Positions 1 to 10,600 of a stretch of DNA of 64,000 nt are shown here, in pieces. Made by a program: the position numbers and the translations under genes. The notes below the pieces were generated by a model. The model was given only the letters and a program-made list of their open reading frames with translations, did no database searches and had not been told where the DNA came from. The stretch is from an uncultured Candidatus Saccharibacteria bacterium (lineage in GTDB: Bacteria > Patescibacteriota > Minisyncoccia > Phycocordibacterales > UBA918), in contig CAYGJY010000001.1 in the NCBI GenBank assembly GCA_964350645.1, forward strand, positions 78,316 to 142,315, given 5' to 3'. Each line of letters starts with the position of its first letter. Positions within the stretch are counted from its first letter, which is position 1.

Positions 1-3000
1 TATGTCACCTCAGTCAGCGAGCGGGGTATCACGTGGTATTTCAAAGAACCCGCACTTGTCGGTCGCTACATCACAGGAGACTATTGGGTTATGGGGCCAG
101 TTGAAGTGACTCGCATTACACCGGATGCCGGTAATGATATGCATGGATGGATGGTGAATCCGCTTGATGATAAAAAGCAAGCCTTTCATAGCTCTACCCG
201 TAGTACTCAAAAAAATACTTATGATCGAACGCTCATGCCGAGTCTGCCGTACACGGCTAATCCAGGAGATTCATTGATTAAGGCTATTACTAATTCCAAT
301 GACCAACGATTCCGCACCGATTATGCATCGGTACTCACAGTAGTAGATATTGTGCCGCCAAGTGATGCGTTTCGTCCAGCGTACGCAGGTACAAAAAAAG
401 ATACGTACCGTGTGAGCGAATTACGTACCAATTTGTTGCCGAGCGCCGTCCCGTCCTCGATTAATGTACCTTCATGGTCTGAGGTGGAGGGGTACTTTAA
501 CAATGGTCCCTGGATTGATTTCATAACGAGTCACCCGGGTGAGATTGTACACCCGTCATTCCAGATGGGACGATATGGTGGTACTTTACAATTCCAAACT
601 AGCAATGCCATTTTGCGACTGATGATGAATGACCCACTTGCTCAAAAGCTCCCAACCCTACAGTGGGTGGTGCAGTATGCGATTGATCTTGAAGCAATGA
701 TGCTTGAGACTGGTACGGATTTTCCGCCAAACGGCGGCCACGCTGGCGGGAGAAAACTTCCACTTACTCTCGCTGCAGTACTCTTGGACGACCCTGAGAT
801 GACTGCGTTAGTGAAAGACGCTCCAAAAGATCAATTCAATGAAAATGGTAAACATCTTTTTAGTCAAAAAGCCAATAATGGGCAAGGGATAGTGTTGATG
901 GGTGATGCAACTGATAAGGGCAACGAATCACAGTATTGGACTCTAGTTGAGACTGGAAATGGTTTTCGTACCGCAGCTGATCCATATGGATATATTGATG
1001 GGAGTGTACAACCAATTGAAAGTTATCTCTTGGTGTTGAATGTGGCGCCATGGAAAGCGTCAGTGATTGCGTTGCAGCTAATGCCATCACTGAAGCCGGT
1101 CTGGAACGATGAAGATTTTGTGACTGTCACGAAGCGCTATGTGAGCGGTGGACAGTGGACCCAGCCGGACCCGTGTGCGCCAGTCGAGCGAGATGCTCAA
1201 GGAAAGGCAGTGGCTGCAAACAGAGGTGTGACCTATGGGCCAGATGGTCAGGGAGGTTGTATTCTTGATACTGATCCGAGCGACGGAATTGGACGCTTCC
1301 CAAATTTGCACCTAAGTGATCCAGACGCAGCTAGTAAGCGAAAAACCCCGTACGATATACCATTTGCTGATGCTCTCTGGCCAATGTACATAAATGTGAA
1401 TCCAAATGATGTACCAAACACTGAGGCGTTACCAGCCCCAACCGAACCAGCTGCTCCGAGTGCACCGGCCACTAATGGTGCGCTTGGTATCGACCCTATC
1501 CTCCGCGATAAACATATCTTTGATCGTGGCCTCGCTCGGGGTGAGAATAGCGCTACCATTCCACTCTCAGGTACTGCTCCAGCCGGTGCGGTGATTGAAG
1601 CCCGGACTGTCGAAGTCTCTGGTAGTCGCGCCAGCACACCATGGCGTGTGATCGCTACCGCTGGTAATGACGGCCGCTTTGCGGGTACGTACACCCGTGG
1701 TCGTTCGACCGAATACCTCCGCGCCGAAGCGCGCGTACAAGGCACAACCGCTACGGTAGCAACTACCAATACCTTTGGTGTCGGGACGACGATTGCGTTG
1801 CATGGGCAGAGTAATGAAGTGCACTGGATTAAATTTACCGGATTACCAACCGAAGTTGTTATAGATGATGACGCGGTACAGTTTGTGGATATTGCCAGGC
1901 AGTCGGGTGGTCCTGCTGGAGCTGATGCGGTTAAGGTGCGAATGGTGACTAATACAGAACCGCTCGCAACACCAGGAATTAAAGCCTTCGCGAATGCTCT
2001 TATTAGTGGAGTGCCAGGCGAGAAATTTATAGTGAAGTTTGCAACGGTATCTGGTTCAGGTATTCAAGATGAGGTGCAGGATAGAACTGATAGTACTGAA
2101 AGCCCTGTTAGATTTTGGGCTGATGAAGTAGATTTGCATCGTGCGTTTGATCCATATTTTACAGCGGGTCAAACATCGAAGACAGGTTTATTGCTGTGGG
2201 CATATACCAGTGCAAGCAACAACAGTGATATGGAGGCAGATTATGTACCAATGATGCTCGGAATTAAACGCAACGGTACCCCAACTGGCAGTGAGTACGA
2301 TCATACACTAGCCGAGATGTATGACTGGAGTCATACCAAGCTTGGTTTTATTCCGTATGTAGACTCAATCGCGCAAACAACCTCAATACAGAATTTGCCT
2401 GAGAATACAAACTACGCACCGTTTTTGGCAACGCCACACATTGGTTTAAGTCGGTATGGTATTCAACATGGTGAACTCAGAAATGGTGTCTATACCGACT
2501 TAACCCACCCTGGTATTGAACACATGGATGGCACTACACGAGCTGGTCGTACTACCGCTTTTTCCGCGCTGATGATGTTGGGGGCGGTAGATGTGAGTGA
2601 GAATACCTGGGATAAGGTTGTAATTGAGTGGGGTCCAACTGTGAACGGGGTAAAGCGAAGTGATGTAATTCGTATCTCAAAGCCAGAGCACAACTTTACG
2701 ACGTTGCGGCGAGCTAGAGGAGAAACTCGTCTTACTCCTGATGGTACCTGGCGCGATGGCGACGTGTATGGATTTTGGCAAGGAACTGTGCCATTACAAA
2801 AAGCCCAGATTCGTGACCGCGCTGGAAATATTGCTGATAAAGGAGATGTTTGGTTGTTTAAAAATGACGGCTCAGCTTGGACAGCCAATGACCGCGCTAG
2901 TTATGCTCCGCTGACGAGTCGATCGATACGAATTGTTAATCCGGATGACTTCATTGACGTATTTACGTCATCGAATCTTCAGGTCGCTAATTCGTTTCCA

Positions 3001-4674
3001 AAACTGTTGACGGTACCGATGATGGGGATTGCTCAAAGTAATTTGTTGGAAAACAAAGTTGGTCAAAGTAGTAGTGGGCCGGCGCCTTTGCCAACAAATC
3101 CAACTCAACCAACACCAACCCCAACCGAACCCGCTCCTGTAGTCGAACCAGTCACCCCAACCCCAACCCAACCAACACCTGTTACCGCCACCGTCGCCGC
3201 CGGCGATCGCATCCGGGTAACCGAACGTGTCAACGTCCGCGATCCGTACGGCACCAACAGTCCAAGTATTGGTCTTCAAGAAGTGGGTGCCCTGGGTACT
3301 GTCCTCACCATTGCCCCGCAATCAGCTAATGGCTTTACTTGGGTACCGGTTAACTTCGATAGTGGCGCTGATGGCTGGGTAGCTGAGAGCTTTGTGGGTA
3401 AGGTGACGATTGCACCAACACCAGCACCAACCCCAACACCGACCCCAACCACTCCAGTCACTAACCAAGAAGCTGAAAACAACAACCCGAGCGAACCTGC
3501 CCCAACCCTCTCCGACCGTCGCAAAACCGTCACCAACGCCGAGCTACGCGACAAAGTCCGCGAACACCGTCTCGAGCTTGCTCGCCAGGCCACCAAGATC
3601 ACCAAGTTCTTGAATCGTCGTGAGAGTGAATTGAAGCGTGACACTCGCTTCACCTATCCACTTGGACTCTACGACTTCGCTGCCGAAGTAGAACCAGGTA
3701 GTACTGAGACGGTCACTATCACCTTGGATGCACTCTTTGACACTAGCGACTGGGAGTACCGCAAATATAATGGCACTACCGACCGATACACCGACATCTC
3801 AGACCAAGTCACCTACGGCACCACGAACCTCAATGGCACCGACGTGACTACCATCACCTACGAGATTGAAGACAACGGCCCCCTTGATACCGATGATCGC
3901 CTCGGCTTCATTGCTGACCCGGCTGGTCCAGCCTTACCAGAAGGTGAGGAGGTGGTGATTGAAGAAGAAATTACTACTAATAACAGTGGCGGCTCTTCTG
4001 GCGGCGGTGGCGGTTCACGGAGTTCTTCAAGCGGCGGTAGTTCATCAGCAAATTCAAACACTACCAGCGTGAATTCATCTACTGGAGATATCTCTCTCGT
4101 CTCTGCCAACATCTCATTCAATCAGCCAAGTATTAACACCCCAACTGCCGTTAACAATGTGTTGCGTTTCCTCAATACGTTTGAAGGCGAGAACCTTCCA
4201 CTTGATGGTAGCTACGACGTCACCGACAATGCAGCCGTGCAACGCTTCCAACTGAAGTACAAAAAAGAAATCCTCGACATCTGGAATCTGACCGAAGCCA
4301 CCGGCTACGTTGGTATTACGACACGTCTTAAAATGAACTTCCTCATCAAGGGAGCGACCGCCGAGTGTCCGGCTTTCGTGGAATACAACGGTGGACTCTC
4401 AGGCATCATGTTCTCACCTGAGATTGGCAAGACGCAAACGATCCTCAAAGATCTGGGTATGTATCGTGGAGGAATCAATAACACTTGGGATGCTAGCACT
4501 AATCAAGCGCTGATTACCTTCCAAGAAACCTTCCGCGAAGTGATGCTCGACCCGTGGAATATCACAGAAGGTACCGGCTACAAGTACAAGACGACCAACT
4601 TATTCCTCAACTACTTTGCTGGGTGTGATACAGGAGCAGTGGAGTTAGAGGGCGTGGGGCGGTTTGAGATTTAG
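1..4674 (+). CDS. Giant secreted cell-surface protein, 5'-truncated at the window edge; SASA/SGNH-like esterase-like core, SH3b-like domain, Gly/Ser linker, tandem PG_binding_1-like C-terminal domains
   Basis: The frame is open from nt 1, so the listed ATG at 91 is internal. It is paralogous to the downstream 2148-aa ORF over about 550 aa ('ALHGQSN' motif, TLRRARGE..TPDGTWRDGDV). It has an SH3b-like 'AGDRIRV..VNVRDP..GWVAE' region. The C-terminus carries two 'DxxxTxxAVxxFQ' PG-binding-like motifs. About 1527 aa lie within the window. Confidence 0.8.
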   Translation, partial: YVTSVSERGITWYFKEPALVGRYITGDYWVMGPVEVTRITPDAGNDMHGWMVNPLDDKKQAFHSSTRSTQKNTYDRTLMPSLPYTANPGDSLIKAITNSNDQRFRTDYASVLTVVDIVPPSDAFRPAYAGTKKDTYRVSELRTNLLPSAVPSSINVPSWSEVEGYFNNGPWIDFITSHPGEIVHPSFQMGRYGGTLQFQTSNAILRLMMNDPLAQKLPTLQWVVQYAIDLEAMMLETGTDFPPNGGHAGGRKLPLTLAAVLLDDPEMTALVKDAPKDQFNENGKHLFSQKANNGQGIVLMGDATDKGNESQYWTLVETGNGFRTAADPYGYIDGSVQPIESYLLVLNVAPWKASVIALQLMPSLKPVWNDEDFVTVTKRYVSGGQWTQPDPCAPVERDAQGKAVAANRGVTYGPDGQGGCILDTDPSDGIGRFPNLHLSDPDAASKRKTPYDIPFADALWPMYINVNPNDVPNTEALPAPTEPAAPSAPATNGALGIDPILRDKHIFDRGLARGENSATIPLSGTAPAGAVIEARTVEVSGSRASTPWRVIATAGNDGRFAGTYTRGRSTEYLRAEARVQGTTATVATTNTFGVGTTIALHGQSNEVHWIKFTGLPTEVVIDDDAVQFVDIARQSGGPAGADAVKVRMVTNTEPLATPGIKAFANALISGVPGEKFIVKFATVSGSGIQDEVQDRTDSTESPVRFWADEVDLHRAFDPYFTAGQTSKTGLLLWAYTSASNNSDMEADYVPMMLGIKRNGTPTGSEYDHTLAEMYDWSHTKLGFIPYVDSIAQTTSIQNLPENTNYAPFLATPHIGLSRYGIQHGELRNGVYTDLTHPGIEHMDGTTRAGRTTAFSALMMLGAVDVSENTWDKVVIEWGPTVNGVKRSDVIRISKPEHNFTTLRRARGETRLTPDGTWRDGDVYGFWQGTVPLQKAQIRDRAGNIADKGDVWLFKNDGSAWTANDRASYAPLTSRSIRIVNPDDFIDVFTSSNLQVANSFPKLLTVPMMGIAQSNLLENKVGQSSSGPAPLPTNPTQPTPTPTEPAPVVEPVTPTPTQPTPVTATVAAGDRIRVTERVNVRDPYGTNSPSIGLQEVGALGTVLTIAPQSANGFTWVPVNFDSGADGWVAESFVGKVTIAPTPAPTPTPTPTTPVTNQEAENNNPSEPAPTLSDRRKTVTNAELRDKVREHRLELARQATKITKFLNRRESELKRDTRFTYPLGLYDFAAEVEPGSTETVTITLDALFDTSDWEYRKYNGTTDRYTDISDQVTYGTTNLNGTDVTTITYEIEDNGPLDTDDRLGFIADPAGPALPEGEEVVIEEEITTNNSGGSSGGGGGSRSSSSGGSSSANSNTTSVNSSTGDISLVSANISFNQPSINTPTAVNNVLRFLNTFEGENLPLDGSYDVTDNAAVQRFQLKYKKEILDIWNLTEATGYVGITTRLKMNFLIKGATAECPAFVEYNGGLSGIMFSPEIGKTQTILKDLGMYRGGINNTWDASTNQALITFQETFREVMLDPWNITEGTGYKYKTTNLFLNYFAGCDTGAVELEGVGRFEI
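4095..4673 (+). repeat. 579-bp perfect direct repeat, copy 1 (3' end of giant ORF 1)
   Basis: Nucleotide-identical to 10563..11141 by manual alignment. The identical 64-aa antisense ORFs at 4305..4499 and 10773..10967 independently confirm identity. The copies diverge exactly at the last base of the stop codon (TAG vs TAA). Confidence 0.85.
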
Positions 4675-4695
4675 AAAAATAATAATGCATTACTT

Positions 4696-7600
4696 ATGAG
4701 TATCACAAGACATATCTACAAGAAAACAGCGATCACCATTCTCGTGATGAGTTTTGTGTGTTCGGCATTCATTTCTCAACCAGCACAGGCTACCAACCTC
4801 ACCGACCTCCGCGTAGCCCTCGACCAGCTCGAACAAACCTTGCTACAACTCCAGCAGCAATTGCAATTAGCCTCTGTGCCACGAGCTGGGCAGGTGTTGG
4901 GTTCACGTGTCTCTGACACACTTCTCCTTGATGTAGCCTTTTCGCCGAGCGGGATTACTGATCGTTCGAGCTATGGAGCACCAGTGAATCTTAACAGTGG
5001 ATCAGCTCTCGATGTACAAGAAGGCCTGGATGGATACGTCTACAATCTGACAGGCGTCAGTGATTTTCAAATCCCGCGTACAGCAGAGATGCAGCTGTAT
5101 GATCATGAAGAGGTGAGTTATGTTTTTACGGTAAAAAATGATGAACCAACAAAATTTAGAACCGGCGAATTATTCGGTATCCTTCGTTCACAACAGGTCT
5201 TTGTAAAAGATGAAATCACCTACTCACACCAAAGTAGTGACGGTAGTACCTACACCATTCGTTCGTCTGGTGCATCGATTGGAGATCGAGCGTGGCACCA
5301 CGTGGTGATCACAATGAATTCTCTGGAAGAACGAGCGGCTATTTATGTGGATGGAGAAAAAGTGGGTGAAGGGATCGCCAAAGGCAAAACGAAAGGAATG
5401 CAAAGCTGGGGGTTACATTTGGGTAACCCATTTGGTGAAAACTTCAATGGTTTGATCGGTGAATTCCAAATGCACTCCATCGCTCTCTCTGAAAGTGAAA
5501 TTCAAAATCGTGCCGCTGCGTTTGCTGCTAAGGTGGGCAACAGTCCTCAACCAACACCAGACCCAACACCAGACCCAACTCCCGAGCCAGAACCAGTGGC
5601 TGATCCTGTCCCTACGACACCAACCCCTGAACCAGAAACCACTCCGGTTACTACTGAAGCACCAGCGGCTCCCAGCGCCCCAGCTACCAACGGTACACTT
5701 GGCATTGATCCAATTTTGCGTGACAAGCATATCTTCGACCGCGGTCTGGCTCGCGGGCAAAATAGCGCTGACATCCCACTCTCTGGCACGGCACCAGCTG
5801 GATCAGTAGTTGAAGTGCGAACGGTCGAAGTCTCTGGTAGTCGCGCTACCTCACCATGGCGTGTCATTGCGACCGCCGACACCAGTGGCCGTTGGCAAGG
5901 TGCCTATACGCGTGGTCGCTCGAGTGAATACCTCCGCGCTGAAGCCCGGGTGCGCGGCACATCCGGCACAGTTGCGACCGTCAACACCTTTGGGGTGGGG
6001 ACGACCATTGCTTTGCATGGGCAGAGTAGTGACTACCACTGGATTGCGTTTGCTGGTACACCGATGGAAAACGTGATCGATGATAGTGCGATGCAGATAG
6101 TCGAGATTAATCGCGCCTCGGATCCGGCAGATAGCACCACAAGTGTCACAGCAGTTACAAATGCTTGGAAAAATGCGCAGCGTGATTTTGGAAACGATGT
6201 CATTAATCGATCCGGTGTTGTTGCGTTTGCGAATATGCTCATGCAGGGTATTCCAGGTGAAAAATTCTTGGTTAAGTTTGCTGCTGTCTCGGGGACAGGG
6301 ATTCACAGTGAGTTTGAAAACAGTTCTGACTCGCGTCGTAGGTGGCCAGACGAGATGCGTCTCCATAAAGCCTTCGATCCCTATTTTGTTGAGGGTCAGA
6401 AAATGTCCGACACAGGTTTAGTGGCGTGGGTATATTCCTCATCCAACAATCATATTCGATTTGAAACCTCGTATGGACCAATGATTTTTGGTAAATTTCC
6501 TGATGGTCGACCAGTGGTAACCGGCTCGAGTGAATATCCATACGCCCATACGTGGGCAGAATTTTATGACTGGGAACAGAGTCGATTAGGAGTTGGATTT
6601 AATGCTCGCGCTCAAGGAATGAATGCTGCTCGAATGACAGAAAATCCTAATTATAGTCGTCACTTAGCGCCGAATGTTCTAGGACTAAATCGGTTTACAC
6701 AACAAGCCGGGGAATTACGAAGAGGAGTATATATTGATCGTGGTCATCCAGGACAAGAGCATCCAGATGGTACCGTACGAGCAGCTCGTATGGCAGCCTA
6801 TGGTTTGTTGATGCATATGAAGCAAGTGCCAGCCCACGACCTACGACCGTTTGTAGGTGCTGCTATTGAATGGGCTCCAACCTTAAATGGAGTGGCTCGT
6901 CCCGATGCTGTATTGATCACTAATCAAAATCGAGATTACACGACCCTGCGGCGTGCCCGAGGTGAAGCGCGCTTTACACCCGATGGCACCTGGCGAGATG
7001 GTGACGTGACGCACTTCATGATCAATGGGGAGATGGCTCGTAATGTGCGTATTGTTGATGATCAAGGTAACTTGGCGGATAAAGGTAATATCATAATCTT
7101 AAAAAACGATCGATCACATTGGACTACTAGTGATACGCTCACGTTTGGTCTTGAGGTGGCTAGATATGATTGGGAAAACCCCAAAGATCTTGCTGATGAT
7201 GTTCATAAAGATTTGTTGGCAATACCAACAGATTTTCCTCTCATGTGGGTACTTCCAGTGACTGCTCATGATCCAGCGAGTAGCTTTTTCACTAATAAAA
7301 TTGGTCAAGCAAATTCTGTCACTGAATCAGAAGCGGCTGTAGTGACCCCAGGAGTAAACACCAACATAAGTTCACCGACAGTAGACGCTCCTGCTCCCGC
7401 AACTGCAATCGCTACTGCTGGCGATCGGGTGCGAGTCGAACAGAACGTCAACGTGCGTGATCCATTTGGACTGGCTGGTACTCTTATGGGTGTGCAACCA
7501 ATCGGTGCAATGGGGACCGTACTCAACATTGCTCCGCAAACAGCTGATGGGTACACGTGGATCCCGGTTAATTTTGATAGCGGTGTTGATGGCTGGGTAG

Positions 7601-10600
7601 CTGATGCGTTTGTTGAAGTAACCGATGATACTCCTGTCGCGTCACCTGCACCTGCGCCTGCACCAACGGAAACGAACACGCCAACAGATGTACAAACTAG
7701 TTCTACGCCAGTACCGAGTGATGCGATTGTTGTCACAGATAGTGCCTCGCTCAACGCTGCGTTGCGAGCAGCACAAGGCGGAGAGGTGATTGCATTGCAG
7801 CCAAACGCGTCCGGGTATACCTATCGCTCACCATTTCGGCGCGATCTGCAAACCTATGCTGCACCGGTCACTGTCACCAGCGCAGATAAAAATAACCCGG
7901 CGCGTATCAAGCAATTTACCCTCGCACAAGACGGCAACATCGTGCTTGATGGTCTGCATTTTGAAGTGGCGCCTGGTGAGCTTGGTAATCGCGCCGTGTT
8001 ATTACAACTAAGTAGTGTGAAAGATATCGTCGTAAAGAATTCTACCTTTGACGCCGGTGCACCAGGCTTCGCAGAAACTCGGGCTGAGCTTGATGCTACC
8101 GCGGGAGGTATTCAGATCCGGGTAGGTGAGAATGTAACCATTGAAAATAATACTGTTACCCGCGCGTCCTTTGGGATATCGATTTTTGGTTCTGGCGATC
8201 AGCCGTATAACAAAAATATTATTGTGAAGAACAATGATATCAATCGCTTCTTAGGCGATGGTATACGAATCGTTAATTTCGATGGGGTATTGGTAGAGGG
8301 CAATACGATCCACACAGTATTTGGTACACCACAATCAGTAAACCACACCGACGTCATTCAGGTGTTTAGTGCCAGCCTCACGAAGCCGTCGAAGAATCTC
8401 ACCATCAGCAATAACTTCCTTAACCCGGGTGCAGGAGAAGGTTCGCAGCTTATCTTCATGCGAAACGAAGCTGTCGATACTGGTGGAGGCGGAGAGCCAA
8501 TGTATTACCAAAACTTCCGCTTTGAAGACAACGTAATTTATGGTCAGCATATTCACGGTATTACCCTGGGAGAATCTAATGGGGTAGTGATAAAAAACAA
8601 TACCTTGCTGTATAACCAAGCGCCCGGCACCTTCGGGGCACCACGTATTTTTGTAAGTACTAAATCAAAGAATGTGGTAGTAGATAAAAATATCGCCCAC
8701 AGTGTGCAGGCTGAGTGGGGTGGCGACAATCTAACTGTCCAACGGGGTTCATTAAATCAAGCAAACTACTATGGTGATCTCTTCGTGAATGCGCTTGGTG
8801 GCACCGAGCTTACCCTGCCTGATTTACGGGCTCTACCGGGTAGTATTATCATGGAGCGAGGCTATGGTGCTGCCGAAACCCGGAAGACTGGTTTTGATTC
8901 GCTCACCGCATTATTTAAAGCTAGTCCGGCTACGAACGATCGTTACGCCATTCAGTTTGATGGTGGTTTGTCGGCTGATGCCAGTGGTGCACTTGGCACC
9001 ACCGCTACCTATCGTTGGGACTTTGGTGACGGCAGAACGGAGACAGGACGAACGGTGACGCATCGGTACGAAACACACGGTACGTATAACGTAACGCTTC
9101 GAGTGACAAAAAATGGACGCACCGACAGTGTGACACAAAACGTGAAAATTGTTGATCCACTACTCGTGAAGCTTGATTTCTCAGACGAGCTGCAAGACGA
9201 ATCGAGTTATGACAGTAGCATTATCGGTGATACGGGAAACTTATTGTCTGGCTTAGATGACCAAGTCTTCAGAACTAAAACCGGTGAACTACTGGAAATC
9301 TCGCGTGGCAACGGACATATCTTTAATCACCAAGAACTATCCTTTGAGTATTGGGTTAAGCCAGAAATACTCAGCAATTGGTTTATGCGCTTACATACCG
9401 CGTTAACCGGTTCATATGGTTCAAATGGATCAATCAATATGGTGCTTACCGATAGGGCTGGTGCCAACCACTCAATTTCTAGCCCTGCTGGAGTGATTGA
9501 AGCGGGTGAGTGGCAACACATTGTGTTTACGTACTCGACCATCACTAACACGATCAGGCTGTATGTAAACGGTACCAAGGTAGCTGAAAGGCCGGCCGGT
9601 GGTCTCACCAAAGGGCCGCAGTCGTGGGGTCTCGTGCTCGGTAGTAGTTTTGGTAGCTCACAAACAGCGGATATTGGATACTTTGAGCTCCGAAGTGATG
9701 AACTGTCAGCGACTGACGTAGCGCGACGCTACAACGCCTTTGCGACGTTGACTGAAAACGATGCGGTAGCAGTGCCAGTGGAACGACCAGTGGATGTGAC
9801 GCCGGAGTTTACGGAAACACCACCCGTCATTATTAATCCAACCACTCCAGCCCGTCCAACTCCAACGGTCCCAACGGTCCCAAGAAACCCAACTTCACCG
9901 GTGTCTAACGACGCGGCGGAGGATACGGAGGTCGTGGTCTCAGCTCCGCTTACCGACCGCCTCAAAACCGTCATCAACGCCGAGTTGCGTGATAAGGTCC
10001 GCGAGAATCGCTTAGAGTTCGCTCGAGTACAAACTAAGATCACCAAGTTCTTAAATCGCCGCGAGAGTGAACTCAAGCGTGATACACGCTTTAGCTACCC
10101 ACTCGGACTCTACGACTTCGCCGCTGAAGTCGAGCCAGGCAGTACCGAAACTGTCACCATCACTCTGGACGCGCTCTTTGAAACTAGTGACTGGACGTAC
10201 CGCAAATACAACCCCATCACTGACCGCTACACTGACATCTCGGATGAAGTGACCTACGGCACCGTCACCAGCAATGGGGAGACAGTCACCGCTATTACCT
10301 ACGAGATTGAAGATAATGGTCCACTCGATACCGACGACCGCTTAGGCTTCATTGCTGACCCAGCTGGTCCAGCACTACCTAATGGCGAAGAAGTGGTGAT
10401 CGAAGAAACAGAAGAAGTGGATGAAACTGAAGACACGATAGTGACGAGTACCAATGGTGGTCGTTCGTCATCACGTGATGATGAGGATAAAGAGGACGAA
10501 CAAGGTGCAGTCGCGACAACTGAAAGTACACCCCGTACTAATCCAGCAAGTACTACCATTCTTCTCGTCTCTGCCAACATCTCATTCAATCAGCCAAGTA

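Noticed and set aside
1248-1824. Antisense ORFs (173 aa and 85 aa) inside giant ORF 1; similar antisense ORFs 5547..5882, 5851..6366, 7305..7754 and 9729..10076 inside giant ORF 2
   Set aside because: They lie entirely inside well-supported, domain-rich CDSs on the opposite strand. They have low-complexity or Arg/Ser/Pro-rich composition typical of frame artefacts. Some are identical between the two copies only because the DNA repeat is identical.
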